DNA of 59,208 nucleotides, filler included, from Basidiobolus ranarum (taxonomy: Eukaryota), in the NCBI GenBank assembly GCA_040143965.1. It is 5 parts of 5 records of this genome, joined end to end, with 100 filler letters (N's around TTAATTAATTAA, not from the genome) between each part and the next. Parts side by side here need not be neighbours in the genome. Positions count along the whole stretch, not along the records: positions 35,645 to 47,386 come from JASJQH010007466.1; positions 47,487 to 59,208 come from JASJQH010007467.1; 3 more parts are not named here. One strand, written 5' to 3'. Position 1 is the stretch's first letter. Each line of letters starts with the position of its first letter. A program made the translations under genes and the position numbers. The notes beneath the pieces are model-generated. The model saw nothing but the letters and a program-made list of their open reading frames with translations. It had not been told where the DNA came from and did not search any database. Below are positions 36,971 to 50,214 of the stretch, one piece after another.

Positions 36971-37989
36971 TTATGGCATGATAAATACGGAGGAAGAGCA
37001 GGAGCTACATGGTTCTTCGTTCTCTTCCCACCAGTCGCATTGATTCGAACCATGTTGATTCAAGAAGTTAAGACGTTCCAAGACCAACTCATCTCGTCCC
37101 TGTTCCCATGCCAGTTCAGCCAAACTCTCTTGTAATGGTTCCATTTGGTGATGTGGATGATTTAGACAATATTCGGAGCATTTTTCTATATCAAGGATCT
37201 TCCCTCCCCTTGCACAATCTCCTCGATATCTTCTACATAAATAACACCGAGAATTACTTGAACTATTAGCGTGAGTGATATTCAATTGTTCTTGTATGTT
37301 CCATATATCTACATTCCAAGATTTACTGGTTTGTATCGTATTTATACTCTGAGCTTCTAAAACCACCGGAAATATTCCTTTCTCTTTGGATAACGTACGA
37401 TCAGTGGGAATCGTTTCGGTATGAGTCAAGTGGAGTCTATAGTTAGGTCGAGCATCTACGCCGGTTTCAAATTCATACTCCAACATAGAGGTCAATCCGA
37501 ATACATGACGTAATTTGTATACCCGTTCGTCTCTCAGAATCCTCATGGTAAGAAGTTCTTTCGGTTGGTTCAAGCTGTGTAAAGAGAAAAGAGGTGCAGG
37601 GTCATGTGGGTGTGTATGTTCTATTGAAAAGAGTAGCGAGTTAAGCAATTTAACCTATATATATTTATGAAATTTTATAACTTACCTATGAATAAACCAG
37701 GAGCGATATTCTTTATCCAACCGTCACAAGTATCTGGGGTGACTAGTTGATAAATCACATCAGGGTTAACGGTAGTGAGATTGTTCTCATTATTGATGTA
37801 CGGAAAATGTCTAAATGAGTGATAAGAGTCTCTTGTTTCTGACCACCCAAATAGCCCTTGAATAACTACGTGTAGTTGAAGTAATGAAAAAGAAGCGGGC
37901 ACTAGTACAGTCCGAATAATTTCAGTTCCTCTCAATTTCTCCACTAGTGTCGCTTGGATGACATAAAAATCTTCCCTAAATACTGCCAT
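36971..37989 (-). CDS. pRiA4b ORF-3-like (MM3350-like) domain protein, 2 exons
   Basis: IIRTVLVPASFSLLQLHVVIQGLFGW....HSF and DERVYKLRHVF...LEYEF match the family pattern. Cys-rich C-terminus. Intron ~37623-37685. Confidence 0.7.
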
Positions 37990-39239
37990 TGATTGGACTG
38001 CAGATGTATATAGGGAGAATAGGGTATTTTATCAGTCGCTTGGTTTCTAGTTGAGTAATAAGTTATTGAATGTGGTGATGGGATTTCTCACAAAACAGAT
38101 AATAATGGCAAGCAAAAAGAGAGAGGGGGGAAGTGGATGAACAAAGAGAAGATCCAACCGCTTCGACACATTTTATAGACCACCTGGAATGAATCTGATA
38201 CATAAATGGCAAGTTTCGGTAGGGCATTCAAGCATTCATCGTGAAAGTTTACGAAACAGGGGAAACAGTGGTACGTCAACACCATAAACGGGAGTCGTCA
38301 AGTAAGGGGAAATTTATTCGGAAAGGGGAATTCAAAAAGGAGTGGAATACAGTGGGAGAAAAGTCAGCAAATTCACGGGTGTTCACCGCAAAAGGATATC
38401 CACCACATATATATATACAAGTATGATTTAATCCATGATTTAATCCATCTTTCCTGCTGAGCAAATGCACAAAGTGGATATATATATACATATGGGTTTG
38501 CTTTGGTTTTAGAGCTAGTTACATTTTTGACAGATTATAGCCAGAAGTTGGACAAATTGAGCTGAGGGAGTTGGAGGTGTTCCTCTGAGTATCTTTATGT
38601 AACTTTCCTAAACGAACACTCTTATTGATACTGCCACTGCCAAACGGGCAAAACTACCTAATATGTATGTGCGAACTATCCAAAGAAATCCTTTGTGACT
38701 CATCTAAACTTCCATCTGCTAGTACGAGGGTGAGCTCGAATAATGTGTGCTCGAATAATGTGGGGTAGAGCACCCATTTCAAAGCTTTGTTGCGACTTGT
38801 CCCGTGTTGATCATGATGATCGACCTGACATGGCTTGTCTTTGCATAAGTTGAAGATGTTGATCACGCCTGGATTGTTACCTGTATTGCTACCTGTATTG
38901 TTACAACATCTGAGATACATTGTCAAGGCACGAGCATCTGTACTAGTCTATCCAATGCATCACATGATCTACCTTGGTATCGGTTGATTTACTGATGAGT
39001 GTAGATATTGGTTCGATATGGAGGTTAAAAGAGTAGTTAAAATCGACGAAAACCGGTAGTGTTTCACCAAATAGAATGATACAACGTTACCGTTATGTGA
39101 GCCTGTTATGTAAACCCAACCCCGATACTCAATTGCCGCTTTATGACTCACTTCATCCGACAAAGCACCAAGAGAGCGATGTTTGATGTGTAGTAAAGTG
39201 TAGTGGGGTGATGGGCAGTTAAAATCAATGTATATTCTA

Positions 39240-39330
39240 CCTGCATCTGCCTGCATACTGAACACTGATATCCTGCCTGCATACTGCACATTGAATACCG
39301 ATATCCTGCCTGCATATTGAACATTGTATG
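39240..39330. repeat. Imperfect ~27-33 bp tandem repeat (about 2.5 copies)
   Basis: ctgcctgcata(c/t)tg...gatatc recurs three times. Confidence 0.7.
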
Positions 39331-39997
39331 ACTTTCTATTTGATGATATATCGGGGATGAGACTATTAAATAGCATTCTTTTTTCCTAAAACAGAATGAT
39401 CACCCAGCCCATGGAATCTTTAGTTCACCCTTTGTCAATTCACCAGTCCTATCATCCTTTCTAATTCCAAGGCAATCTCCATCTATTTTGTATGTCATTA
39501 ATCTAGAAACCCAGACTAGAAGTGGCTCGTACAAATTAAATACCGATTAATGTGTGTACTACGCATATTACTATAGCAAATCGCAGATAGACACCACTAT
39601 TTAGTCGACAAACCATCACACACTACACTATTAGTTAAGAAAGTGTGAAAATTGCACCAATTTAAAGAATGGTTAGAACTATAAGAAATGCCCACTCCAC
39701 CAAGCCAACAAAAATATGAATAGAGCGAGAACTGTATGTATATATTCAAGTTAACTTGCACAGAAGAAAGTACCATCCTTCCCGAGAATGAGAGAATGTC
39801 CAAATGTTAAAGCAATAGACATGAAAGAGAAAACAGGTGAAGGGATAAAGAAAATCGCAAAAACCTCCCGAGTTAGGCGGCGACATACAAAGCAAAAGAG
39901 CTCCTAATATGCAGAATATTGTATGTGCGTGTAAATGATATTGACTTGTACTACTTTCTCTTGTGATTCTTAACCTCTTCGATCGGCGTACATTCCA

Positions 39998-41200
39998 TCA
40001 CCAGTTGGATCCTCGTACCTTCTCCGATTCTAAACGTGTGTAGAGTAAATAAAGGGCCATCTGGTTACATTCTGGTGGACCTGTAATGGTGACCAAACGT
40101 TCATTGGAGTCATTCTGTGGCTCCCCGATTTTGATATGTGAACCGGACATTTGTCTTATTTCGTTGATCTTGGAACCACCCTTGCCAATGATACATCCAA
40201 CCATGTCGTTAGGAATAAATATTTGCTGTGATTGAGTTTCGTGACTAGGAGAGCCATGTGCCCCATGATGAACTGGGACTGACCTATCATGACGCATGGG
40301 TGGTATGCCTAAAGGTGGGTATGCGGGAGGTGCCCCGTAGAATTGAGGTGGAGCAGGCCCACCCATATACGCCATCCGTAACTGAGGTTTGTAAGGAATA
40401 CAATCGGATGAACGATCCATATGATCTTGAAGAATTTGGCAAACATGATAAATTGCAATCTGTATGGCATCCGCAACTCCATTAATGGTAAGGATACGCT
40501 CTGTGGAATGAGGTAGCATTTCTTCAGAAGCATTTAATTTGGCTCCAGAAGCCTCCTGAATCTCCTTAATCTTTGAGCCACTTTTGCCAATCAGATATCC
40601 CATGCGTTTGTGAGGAATCAAGAGTCTGATAGTAGCCCCCTTAAGTGTTTTAGTCGTATCCTCCTCAACATCTTCGGTTAACCTCTGAGCAACTAAAGAA
40701 TAGGCCTATATTGAAACTGTTTAGTTGGCGTTCCGCCTACACTTTTAAAATGAACTATACCTTAGCGGTTGTATCAACCAAGCCGGTTATTGTTAAAATT
40801 CTCTCGTTTACTCCTTGAATCTGTTCAGAAATAGTAACTTTTGTTCCTGAGCGCTCTCTGATCTCTTTAACACTTTGACCACCTCTACCGATAATGACAC
40901 CTGCTTCTTTGGCGAATACTAGAGAGCGCAAAGACATACCTGTCGAGGAAGTGGTACTGGAATTTTCCTCATCTTGACTTCTGCGACAAATATCAAATTT
41001 CCATTAGTAATTATGTTCATAGGACTTTATCACGCTGTCTAATCTTCATACTTGACTTGCTCGTCGGAGTGTTTATCCGCGTCTACGTCGTCAAGAGTGG
41101 GCTTTCTTGACTTGGAAGCTTTCTTATCAGAGTCGAAATTCTGTATATCGTCCGCGTGTTGACGCTTCCGATCTGTAGGGGATTCGTGACCGTTTTCCAT
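39998..41200 (-). CDS. Triple-KH-domain RNA-binding protein (PCBP/hnRNP K; Pbp2/Hek2/Rnc1-like), 3 exons
   Basis: Three GxxG loops (IIGRGG, LIGKSG, IIGKGG), MLPHSTER, QQIFIPNDMVGCIIG, NQMALYLLYTRLESEK. Confidence 0.93.
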
Positions 41201-42434
41201 TCTAAACAAGCTTTAATGCATTAAATACTATACTTCAACTACAACACTCATTTTATAGGGACTACGAAATACGAGAATAATTGACCAAAGTGAAAAAGAA
41301 ACCATGTCCTAAAATAGGGTCGTTGATAAACTTTAAACCTAAGCTAAAGTGAAAAAGACGGAGTCAAAGGGATATACATTTATGGGATCAAAAAAACCAA
41401 GGAATCCCTTCTGCTGAAACTAATATGAAAATATGGGCATAACATACCGCGAGAAGGGAAGTACTTGTATGGAAAAGCGTGGAAAAACGTGGGTGTTCAA
41501 CGGTTTTCACGAAAATAACCGTGCCAAATGTCAGACTTAAACTAGTTAAACTGACAATGTATTTTTTTTACTTTTTTTCAGCAACTATTTTCCAAGTAAC
41601 TTTAAGTACACTTTCGATATTTTTGATTAAGTTAATCATTTAGATCGGGAAGCATCAACCCTAACCCTCTATTCATAAATTACGATACTGATCTGACGTG
41701 ATTCCTAGAATTAGCTCGGTATTTAAACGAATAGCTTGCTGATAGGTGTTTTAAACCAGAACTTTCTAGTTTCAAGTAACCCAATGGGTATACTTAGAAG
41801 TCTCATTTGGAGTTTGCCAAGCAAATGAATTAGCATCCAATGGCACGAGGATCAGATTCAGAAGTTCCATTGAGAAATACGTTGTTCAATAGGGCTTAGG
41901 ATTGAGTCAAAGAATAGGATTCGTATGTTTTTGATAACACGGTCGAAAGCTGCGCATAGCAGTCTAGGAACATTCCTGGATATTTATCTATTCGCATTTC
42001 CAAATCCTCGTCTATTTTTACAACGGGTAAACCTGAATACGGTACTACACGTAATCTATCAACCTTCAATATACTTTTCCCTTTGTTGACCCTTGGTTCT
42101 CCCGTATCCTAATATGGAAACTATACCATATGATAGCCATTTGTTAGCCAAATACAGGTACTAGAGGCATAGTAGTTACCAAACTGGGAATAGGAGATTA
42201 GTTGTTTATTACAAACAATACAAGCAATAGAATCAGGTTACGTCAAGACATTAGAATTTCCTATTTCCTCCCTCAACAGAAGCCTGAGAGATGAATGGCT
42301 AAGCCCAAAATAGCACTCAGCAAGAGACCAATCGAAATGAATTGAATGGAAGTGACATGTTTGCACCATCAGCTGTATAAAAAGAGGAGATTTGCCACTG
42401 GAGTTACATATTCTACTCTACTAGTTCATACACA

Positions 42435-43025
42435 ATGTTTGACTTTGCTAACTTATTCGGTTTGGGCGACAGTGAACAAGCTCATCAACAGGCCTATAAC
42501 ACCCCTGAGCATCACAAGAGCTCTTTGACCCACGAGGTGATTGCTGGTGCTGCCGGATTCGAAGCCATGAAAGCTTATGAGAATCACGTTAGACGTACTG
42601 GAGAACAACCTAGTCACTCTATGATGAAGGAACTTTTGGCTGGATTTGCTGCCGCTGAAGCTGACAAGCTCATTGAAACCAAGGGTCTTGACTGGATGGA
42701 TGCCGAGAAGGTCAGACATCAAGCCCAAGCTCAGGCCCATAGAATTGCTGATGAGAAGTATAATGGTGGAACTGGTTATGAGCAAATCACCAACACAGAG
42801 ACTATCTATGAAACTAACAGTTACGGAAACAACCAAGGCTATAACAACTACGATAATGCCCCTAGAAACGAATATGGTGGCAACCAAGGTTACAACCAAC
42901 CACAATATGACAACAACCAAGGTTACAACCAAGGCTACAACCAAGGTTATGAACAACAGGGCTACAACCAAGGCTATAACAATGAACAACAAGGTTATAA
43001 CAACGGTCCTAGAGGAGGATGGTAA
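42435..43025 (+). CDS. cipC: CipC-like (DUF3759) protein with N/Q/G/Y-rich repeat tail
   Basis: HKSSLTHEVIAGAAGFEAMKAYE...SHSMMKELLAGFAAAEADKLIETKGLD. TATAAAA at ~42377. Confidence 0.9.
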   Translation: MFDFANLFGLGDSEQAHQQAYNTPEHHKSSLTHEVIAGAAGFEAMKAYENHVRRTGEQPSHSMMKELLAGFAAAEADKLIETKGLDWMDAEKVRHQAQAQAHRIADEKYNGGTGYEQITNTETIYETNSYGNNQGYNNYDNAPRNEYGGNQGYNQPQYDNNQGYNQGYNQGYEQQGYNQGYNNEQQGYNNGPRGGW

Positions 43026-43123
43026 TCATACCAATCTTAATAATGTATAAATCAGTTTCAAAATAGTAATAAATCTACAACACGTACAACCCATTCTCAA
43101 TATGGACATTTATTATGAGTAGA

Positions 43124-44698
43124 TTAATAGTAATCTACACTTGAGCTCATATATGCTCCAGCCACTCTTGCTAATCCATTTCCATCGGGGTTGGCAACAC
43201 TAGCCTTATTGGCTCTTGCCTCAATTTCGCCCACAGGAATTCCAGTTCTCAAGGACTCTTCCATTATAGGAATGAAAGCACATGTAGGGAACGCTTTATC
43301 GCAAGGATATATTTGATGATCTGGGCGCTTGTCATCTTCATATGCTGATTTGTACGATTTGCCAATCTCTTTACAACGCTCTACTGAGCTTTGAAGTTGA
43401 GACAAACAAACCGGGGAAATATAGCCTTGGTCGTTTAACCCATTTACGTACTCAGCATTAATACTCTCTAATTCACGAACCTCTGTGACATTCAAAAACA
43501 TCATACCTGCCCATTCTGAAGATAATCCGAACGGAATACGTAGATTTTTTTGGTGATCTCGATCATTCAGATCAGGTCCACCGAACTTCTCTTGATAGGA
43601 AAGTGGTTTGAAAGGGTTGGAAGCTACCTTTCCTACATCAGCTGCAGCCCCACTCCAATCTTGTGGACGTGTGAAGTCTACCTGACGGAGTTCATCCGAA
43701 GGTGAATTTGAGTAGATAGAGCAGAGGCCGGGTCCACTGTGATCAAACATGGCGCGGACTGGAACACCAAATGGAACCATCATGTCAGTGTCTCTAGCTT
43801 GAGTGCCTCCAATTGTATTAGTTCCACTATAATCACGATAGTTTTGAGGGGCATTAGCTTGCCATAAAGCCCAGTTCTTGTCCACGAAACCGTGATGTAG
43901 ATAGAAGACTGGACTATTAAACGAGGTGAGTATTCATTTGTTACATGTATAATACGCATTTAACATACTCATTTGGACTGAAAAAGTTGACCATTTCCCC
44001 GTTGATTGCTTGATGCATCACACCATGCGGTCCTTCCTCAAAACGAGCACAAAATGGCCCGTAATTTTCGTAACTCTCTCGTACAAATTTTATAGATTCT
44101 GGCGACCACAAAGCCAGAATACGACCTTTCTCACCATTAAAATTCCTGGTTAAACAATGAGGTAAAGGTACTGTCAATGTCCAGTTTGCAAATGGCCCAT
44201 CTTCTATACAATTATCTGGACCCTTTCCATTACCGCCGATAATTTTGAAAATAAAGCTTTGCTCTGGAGCCTGTGAGTCCAGTGACCAATCCTAAGTAAT
44301 TTGAGAGGAATGTTAAAGACCTTCATAGCTTGGCAATTGTAAAATAGATACTTTACCCAATATGGGATCACTACTTCGGGAGCAACTGATTGTAGTGCAT
44401 ACTCGTATAATCGTATGAAATACCTATGCCAAGGGAAGAACGCAGGTGTACCGTGAGCAAAGGGTACGTACGAATTGTGAATATCTGAGAATCGATCATA
44501 TATCTCCAAAGTTTTAAGTTGCTGTATGGCACTGAGCCAACCTTCTATTTCTTGGGGACTCATTTGGCGTATTTCTTTGCGTACAGAAATTGTGCGGCAT
44601 TTTCCAGGTATCTCACCATACAGTTGTCCAGAGGATTCTTGGCCTTGGACTAATACAGCCGCTGATAATGATAACAAAAATAGTGCCTTTATAAGCAT
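43124..44698 (-). CDS. Secreted tyrosinase / type-3 di-copper oxidase, 3 exons
   Basis: Signal peptide, VRKEIRQM, CuA H...AHGTPAFFPWHR, IPYW|DW, CuB EGPHGVMH...SPND|PVFYLHHGFVDKNWALWQ, LCSIY. Confidence 0.93.
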
Positions 44699-45535
44699 GA
44701 TTTTACTCGATATCCTTCGTTTTCCTTGAATAATTCCTAACTTTGGTGCTGGTAACTATCAACCTTTTGAGGACTTTGAAGGGTAGAGGATAACAATTAA
44801 GTGGAATCTACGTGATGTTATGAGTTAGTACTAAGGAATATCTTGAAGCCTCTAATTTTCAAATGTTGGTCTTTAAAGTCTGTAACCTAGAGAAGTGAAC
44901 CAGATTGCTGTAATTCATTAAACATTGGTAACGTTTCGAATTTTTTGTTGACGGTGAATATGTTACAGCTTTTGGATATTTTACGAAACAATGTAATTTT
45001 TCTAGCGAGTCGATGCCATTTGAGAGTATTTAGTCTTAAGAGCAATTACTAAATCCCAGTCGATTTCGTGGGTGTTTTTGAACATACCCAACCGTTTCAG
45101 AAAGAATATTTGCAGATCGTAAACAAAGTGTAATCGGTGCACAATTTTGAGGTACTTTTGCTTATTTCCCTCGTGTGGAGTGGCATAAGCAGTAGTTTCG
45201 TACTGATCCATGTTTAGTCATCAGAAAGTGTACGCTTTTAGAAAGGAAGTAAACATTGGTTTGTTGGTTCAAGTTCATATGGACAACTACTACTGTTGAT
45301 GTACAGCATTCTCTCAATATTAGCGTTTTATTTCAATAATACAAAATAGTGGAAATATGTCAAAAAATTAATTAAATTTATCTTTGAAGCGATTTAAAAT
45401 AATGTTGTAAGTAGGCTGCTATACATCTATATGAGGGTTTGTACGTTTCTTTTTTTGGGATTTTACGCTGACAATAGTGTCGCCTTAACAATAACTTTGA
45501 TCGCCAATAGCTCTTTGTCAAATACGGAATAAATA

Positions 45536-46653
45536 TTATGATTTACATGCGACCCATGAATCGCCTTTGGCCCAAAGATAACTTCCAAATATTACCACCA
45601 TAAAGCATTGCCCCAAAAGGATGGATATAAATCCATAAAGGAGTGCTTTACGTTTTGGCAAAGAGATCAATTCATTGGTGAATGTAGAGATGGTAGTCAA
45701 GCAACCACAAAAGCCGTCAGCCATACCTGCGATAATTTGACATGAAGTAGCATTGGAAACTTCATGAGCTATTAAATTTAGAGCAGCTAAAACGGCTGTT
45801 CCTATCATATTTGCCAAGAATGTTCCAATTGGGAAACCGGGACGCTTCGCGTTTAACGGAGAAAGCTGCCAACGTAAAAAGGTTCCTAAAAATGAAAATA
45901 GAAATCAATATCTCTTGTGTAGAATGGATATTGCTTGTGCCGTAGCACATGTATAAAATTCAATTCTCATTATTCACTTACCAAGAGGTGCAAAAAGCGC
46001 CGCAAAGGTTATCGCACGTTTGTTTTCAATTGTACTTGGGATGACAATAAAGACCACTAAAGTTATCACGCCTAAGCCAATACCGATATAATCCTTGTTG
46101 GATAATTGGTTTATTGCGTAAACTCGAACAGCCTTTGGTGTTTCCGCATCCTCTGGTTCCTCACCGAAAATCACTTGACAAATATATTTGCCAAACAGTA
46201 GGCTGACAACTGACATACCAAGAGTAATAATTATAACAGAGAGACCAGAAAGAAACTAATCAAAAGAGGTTTCAAATTAGATTACATGGTAGCTTTCAAG
46301 AGAAAAATATGACTTACATTATCAACACCATGATCATATACTCTTCCATAGTTTGCGAAAGCCTCAAATAATTCAAGATTCCAAGAAGAAAAAGTTGTTA
46401 TAGAGCCGCATAGGCCAGTAGTGATAGCAGTGTATAGGGGTATATAGTAGTTGGAGATAGTAGAACGTCTGGCGATGGCGGCACCCATAAACATACAACC
46501 AACGATTTGAGCGTAGATAAGACCAAAGACTGGCTGGCCCTTATATTTGAAAGCTAGACCCAGACCTATTCGTATCAAGACGCCTATAGCAGAAGTAAAA
46601 ACGAGTAATCCTGACAAGGAAAACAAATGCTCATTTGACGTGAGACTTCTCAT
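45536..46653 (-). CDS. FEX1: FEX-type fluoride export channel (two fused Fluc/CrcB domains), 3 exons
   Basis: GVLIR...TGLCGSITTFSSW in domain 1. GTFLRW...FPIGTFLAN...DGFCGCLTTISTFTNE in domain 2. ATG at 46653. Confidence 0.92.
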
Positions 46654-47386
46654 GTCCAAGTCGAAATATTGTTACGTGGAAAGTGTTTGTATATGGCAAT
46701 AAAGTAAGCAGTACGTTAAAGCACCTTTTATATGATAATTATCCCAGAAAAGAAAATATGTATCATGGTAAATATCAGATAAAGGTGAAAACACACCTGG
46801 GTGGGAGATAGTTCCTCCAATAAACCATGACATCATATTCGATTTAGAACAGCAACTTGTAGAAGTTTAACTAAAATAGGATCCACAACCCATAAACACC
46901 CTTTATCTATTGAGTGTCTATTGGTTTACCGCACTATACACAAGCCGTCCAAGGAGCTTGGATTTAGTTCCGAGATTACTAAATGTTGTTCAAAAGCCCC
47001 CTCACAAGGAATAAATGGGGAGCTGCTATCCAAAATAGAGCATAAAATAATGATTAAAGCTAATCACGATGGTTTAGTATATTCCAGATTTACTTTTTCT
47101 TCATTCTAGAAGCGAACTTTCGACAAACAGGAATATCAAGGGGATTGAGGATCAAGAGTGGTAGTAGAAATGGCAGATGAAATACCAAATCAGTGTAAGT
47201 AGATAACAAAAAGAGGCTCAGGTTTGGGGTTGAAATTGTTGATGCTGGATTGCAACGGACTCACACTTGTCTAAAACGGAGAATGCACCAAAGTACTTTA
47301 GCAACAGTCAATATGCCAACTAAATTACACTAGTAACAAACCAACCTGAGACAGTACGAAGTAACCACACCATCAATCCAACCAAC

Positions 47387-47486
47387 NNNNNNNNNNNNNN
47401 NNNNNNNNNNNNNNNNNNNNNNNNNNNNNNTTAATTAATTAANNNNNNNNNNNNNNNNNNNNNNNNNNNNNNNNNNNNNNNNNNNN
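47387..47486. other. Artificial contig spacer
   Basis: N44-TTAATTAATTAA-N44. Confidence 0.97.
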
Positions 47487-47760
47487 ATCATGTTTCTGTA
47501 GAATAGTAAGTTAAGTCAATAAACTTATTCTCTACAGTCTCTCTAATTAAGTGATGCTTAATATCTATATGTTTGCTTCTATTACAAGACATGGGATTTT
47601 TAGCTAATTTAAGGCAACTTTGATTATCTTGAAATATTGTAGTTGGTGAATTTTGAGAATAACCTAAATCTGTTAAGAGTTTTCTTAGCCATATTGCTTC
47701 TTTTGCTGCTTCACAGGCAGCCATGTATTCTGCTTTACTACTCTATTATATCTTATTACA
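47487..47760 (-). mobile_element. Ty1/copia retrotransposon RNase H fragment (degenerate)
   Basis: AEYMAACEAAKEAIWLRKLL.DLG...IFQDNQS...SKHIDIKHHLIRE is the copia RNase HI signature. Confidence 0.92.
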
Positions 47761-48163
47761 GAAACCACTCAATAACTCAAACAACTGATCTACTTCTCTC
47801 CTATATGTGTCACCCTATGCTGCTAGGAATAAAGCCACTAAAGTCAGTTTCACAAGTTGTCTCTAAATTACAAAGTCTGTACTCATTCTGACCAGATCCT
47901 CCAGCAATATTCTAAGTAAATTCCCAATAGTTGAATAGAATCACAGTGAATTTAGGGAGCTAACAACATGACCATATAGATACCTAAGCTACATCAATTT
48001 TAACATTTGAGACCAGTTTTATATGACTCATATCATTTTTTGACCATTACTGATAGCGTTTAAATGCGTCTTGATCGCACCAAGTACATTTCTCATAACT
48101 AGTTCATGGCCAATGATATTGAGGATGTCATATATTAAGTATCCAAAGAGTCTTATCAGTACA

Positions 48164-48268
48164 AAGTAAATTCCGATTGAGAATGGTGGGTGGTATCTTA
48201 GTGAAACATGGAATAACTAAATACTAAGCCAAATATGCCCATATGTTTAGGCTATGTTAATTTCACCA
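48164..48268. repeat. Diverged fragment of the same LTR family
   Basis: aagtaaattcc.attga...gtatctt..tgaaa.atg.aataactaa.tactaagc...ttaggctatg aligns with 58760-58868 and 64-171. Confidence 0.65.
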
Positions 48269-50214
48269 ATAATATCACTTGGTAGTTGTGAAGTCAACAT
48301 TTTAATGATTTATAGTACACAAAATGGAAGAGTTTATTTTCAATATTATATATACTCTACATCCATATGGCAAATTCAACATGCTGCCTTGTAGCTACAT
48401 GGCCTTATCAATGTTTATATTCACTCATTTGCTTGTAGGGATATAGCGAATGTGAAATTAGCAGGGTGCTAGTAGATAAAGTATCCAGTTTCATCTAAGA
48501 GTAAGCAAGAAAGCGTTTGTCGGCTTTGATGCTATACTAGCAAATCAAGATTACATTTCAGATTTCCCGAAGTTTACACTTAAACATGAAATATCTCTCA
48601 ATGAGCGTTGAGTCGAATTCAAAGTCACATCAAGTAGTAATGTGTAAAGTGCGTGTTAGTATTGCCAGTACTTTGGAAGTGAGGTGCTTGAGATGATCCC
48701 AAAACATATGCAATATAGGTATGATGTGTTAATACATTGAAAATATGTATTTATACTGATATCTATAATGGCGAATCAGATCTGGATTTATCCTATTTAG
48801 TTTGAATATATTTATGAGTATCAGTAACTGCCAAGGTACGTTTTCGACTGGTTGTATAATGAAGAATGATGTACAGGTATCTTGAAAGATCCTAGAGACA
48901 TGATTTGAATCCAACACCTTGATAATCATACGAAATGGTATCTGATCCACTTAGCTAATCTTGAATATTCCCAGGTGCTACGGATAGTTTTACTCAAGGA
49001 CATTAGGATATTGCTACATACCTATATTGCCCAACGTAGTCTGTTTATTCCCCTTCACACCAGGTTTAGAAATATTGGGTATCTCTTAAGATTCACAATT
49101 GTTGACAGAACGTTCATCTTGGCCGTCGTACCAACGCTGGCGGATTATACAGTTTCCACCTTCTGTTGTCTTGATATATTACTAGTGCCTGAACCACACT
49201 TGGCAACCGTATGTCTAAATTCATCCTCATATTGTTGTGCTATTTTTAAATCCTTCTCCGGAACTTACACAAAGCAGGTCACTGGACATTACTTTTCACT
49301 GATTAGAGCCTTTCAGAGCTGATTAAGTGGTCTATGCATTTAGACTTTGACGAAATCTGAGCTAATATTTTCTCAGGAGGCCATACAAAGTCCCACTCTA
49401 TTGGTAGGTTGATGATCATTACTCTTTGAATAATGGTGTACCTCTACTGATCTAGTATGAGGAAAGCTCGCAAATCAACCATTGGCGGCAGCGTAGTTGT
49501 TCAAATAACCGAGAGTAACATAATGTCATGCCTTGATTGGGCAGGACATTCCTATACCCATGAGTGAGATTCAGAAATTAAAGTTACAACAAACAAACGC
49601 GAAATGAATGCCTCCTTCAAGCCATATTGACCATGTTCAAGGGAATTTGCTCAGTAGAGACTGTGGCAGAGATATCAGACACCGAGTAAAGAGATTCTAG
49701 GGTAGAAAAATTTATTTTACTTGATAGAAACAACTCCATGGACATTGTCAGGTTAAAATCATTTGGCAAGGCATCGCGGATGTGAGCTAATTATTCGAAT
49801 CCTCTGAAATTTTCCATATGTTTCATAACCTTTATTTTAGGTGCATTTGTAGCGTTTAGGTTTCTCATTAATAGATTTGTAACTGGATCCTCTCTCGATC
49901 AACCACAAAGATCATTTATCGAACTTGCGTTTTGTGGTACTAAAAATGCTTTCACATGAGTATGCATTTCGAATGCCAAAACAAGCTGAACTTGGGAAAC
50001 TCGAACTCAGAACAGGCTGCCGCAAACTTCTTAATCAAGACGCTACTGTATATCCACAAAACAACTTATCTCAACTAGAAATGTTTGATGAGAGGAGAAT
50101 GGAGTAATGTAAATACTAGTATCAACTACAGAATACAACCACTTGGTATAAATACTACCCTTTTGCTCAACTACCACATCATCAGTTTATCTTTTGGAAT
50201 CTTCAAATTTATCA

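Noticed and set aside
38654-39376. ORFs 38654-38926 and 38969-39376 containing repeated peptides
   Set aside because: The peptide repeats derive from short DNA tandem duplications, and nothing else supports coding.
42453-43050. Antisense 179-aa ORF and alternative-frame 134-aa ORF over cipC
   Set aside because: Shadows of the repetitive, codon-biased cipC frame with no independent motifs.
42435-46653. cipC + tyrosinase + FEX as a stress or defence gene cluster
   Set aside because: No shared pathway or shared regulatory motif is visible. Adjacency alone is not evidence.
48680-49430. Possible decayed DIRS/RT-like or other coding relic on the minus strand
   Set aside because: No intact diagnostic motif (no YxDD) and multiple stops in all frames.
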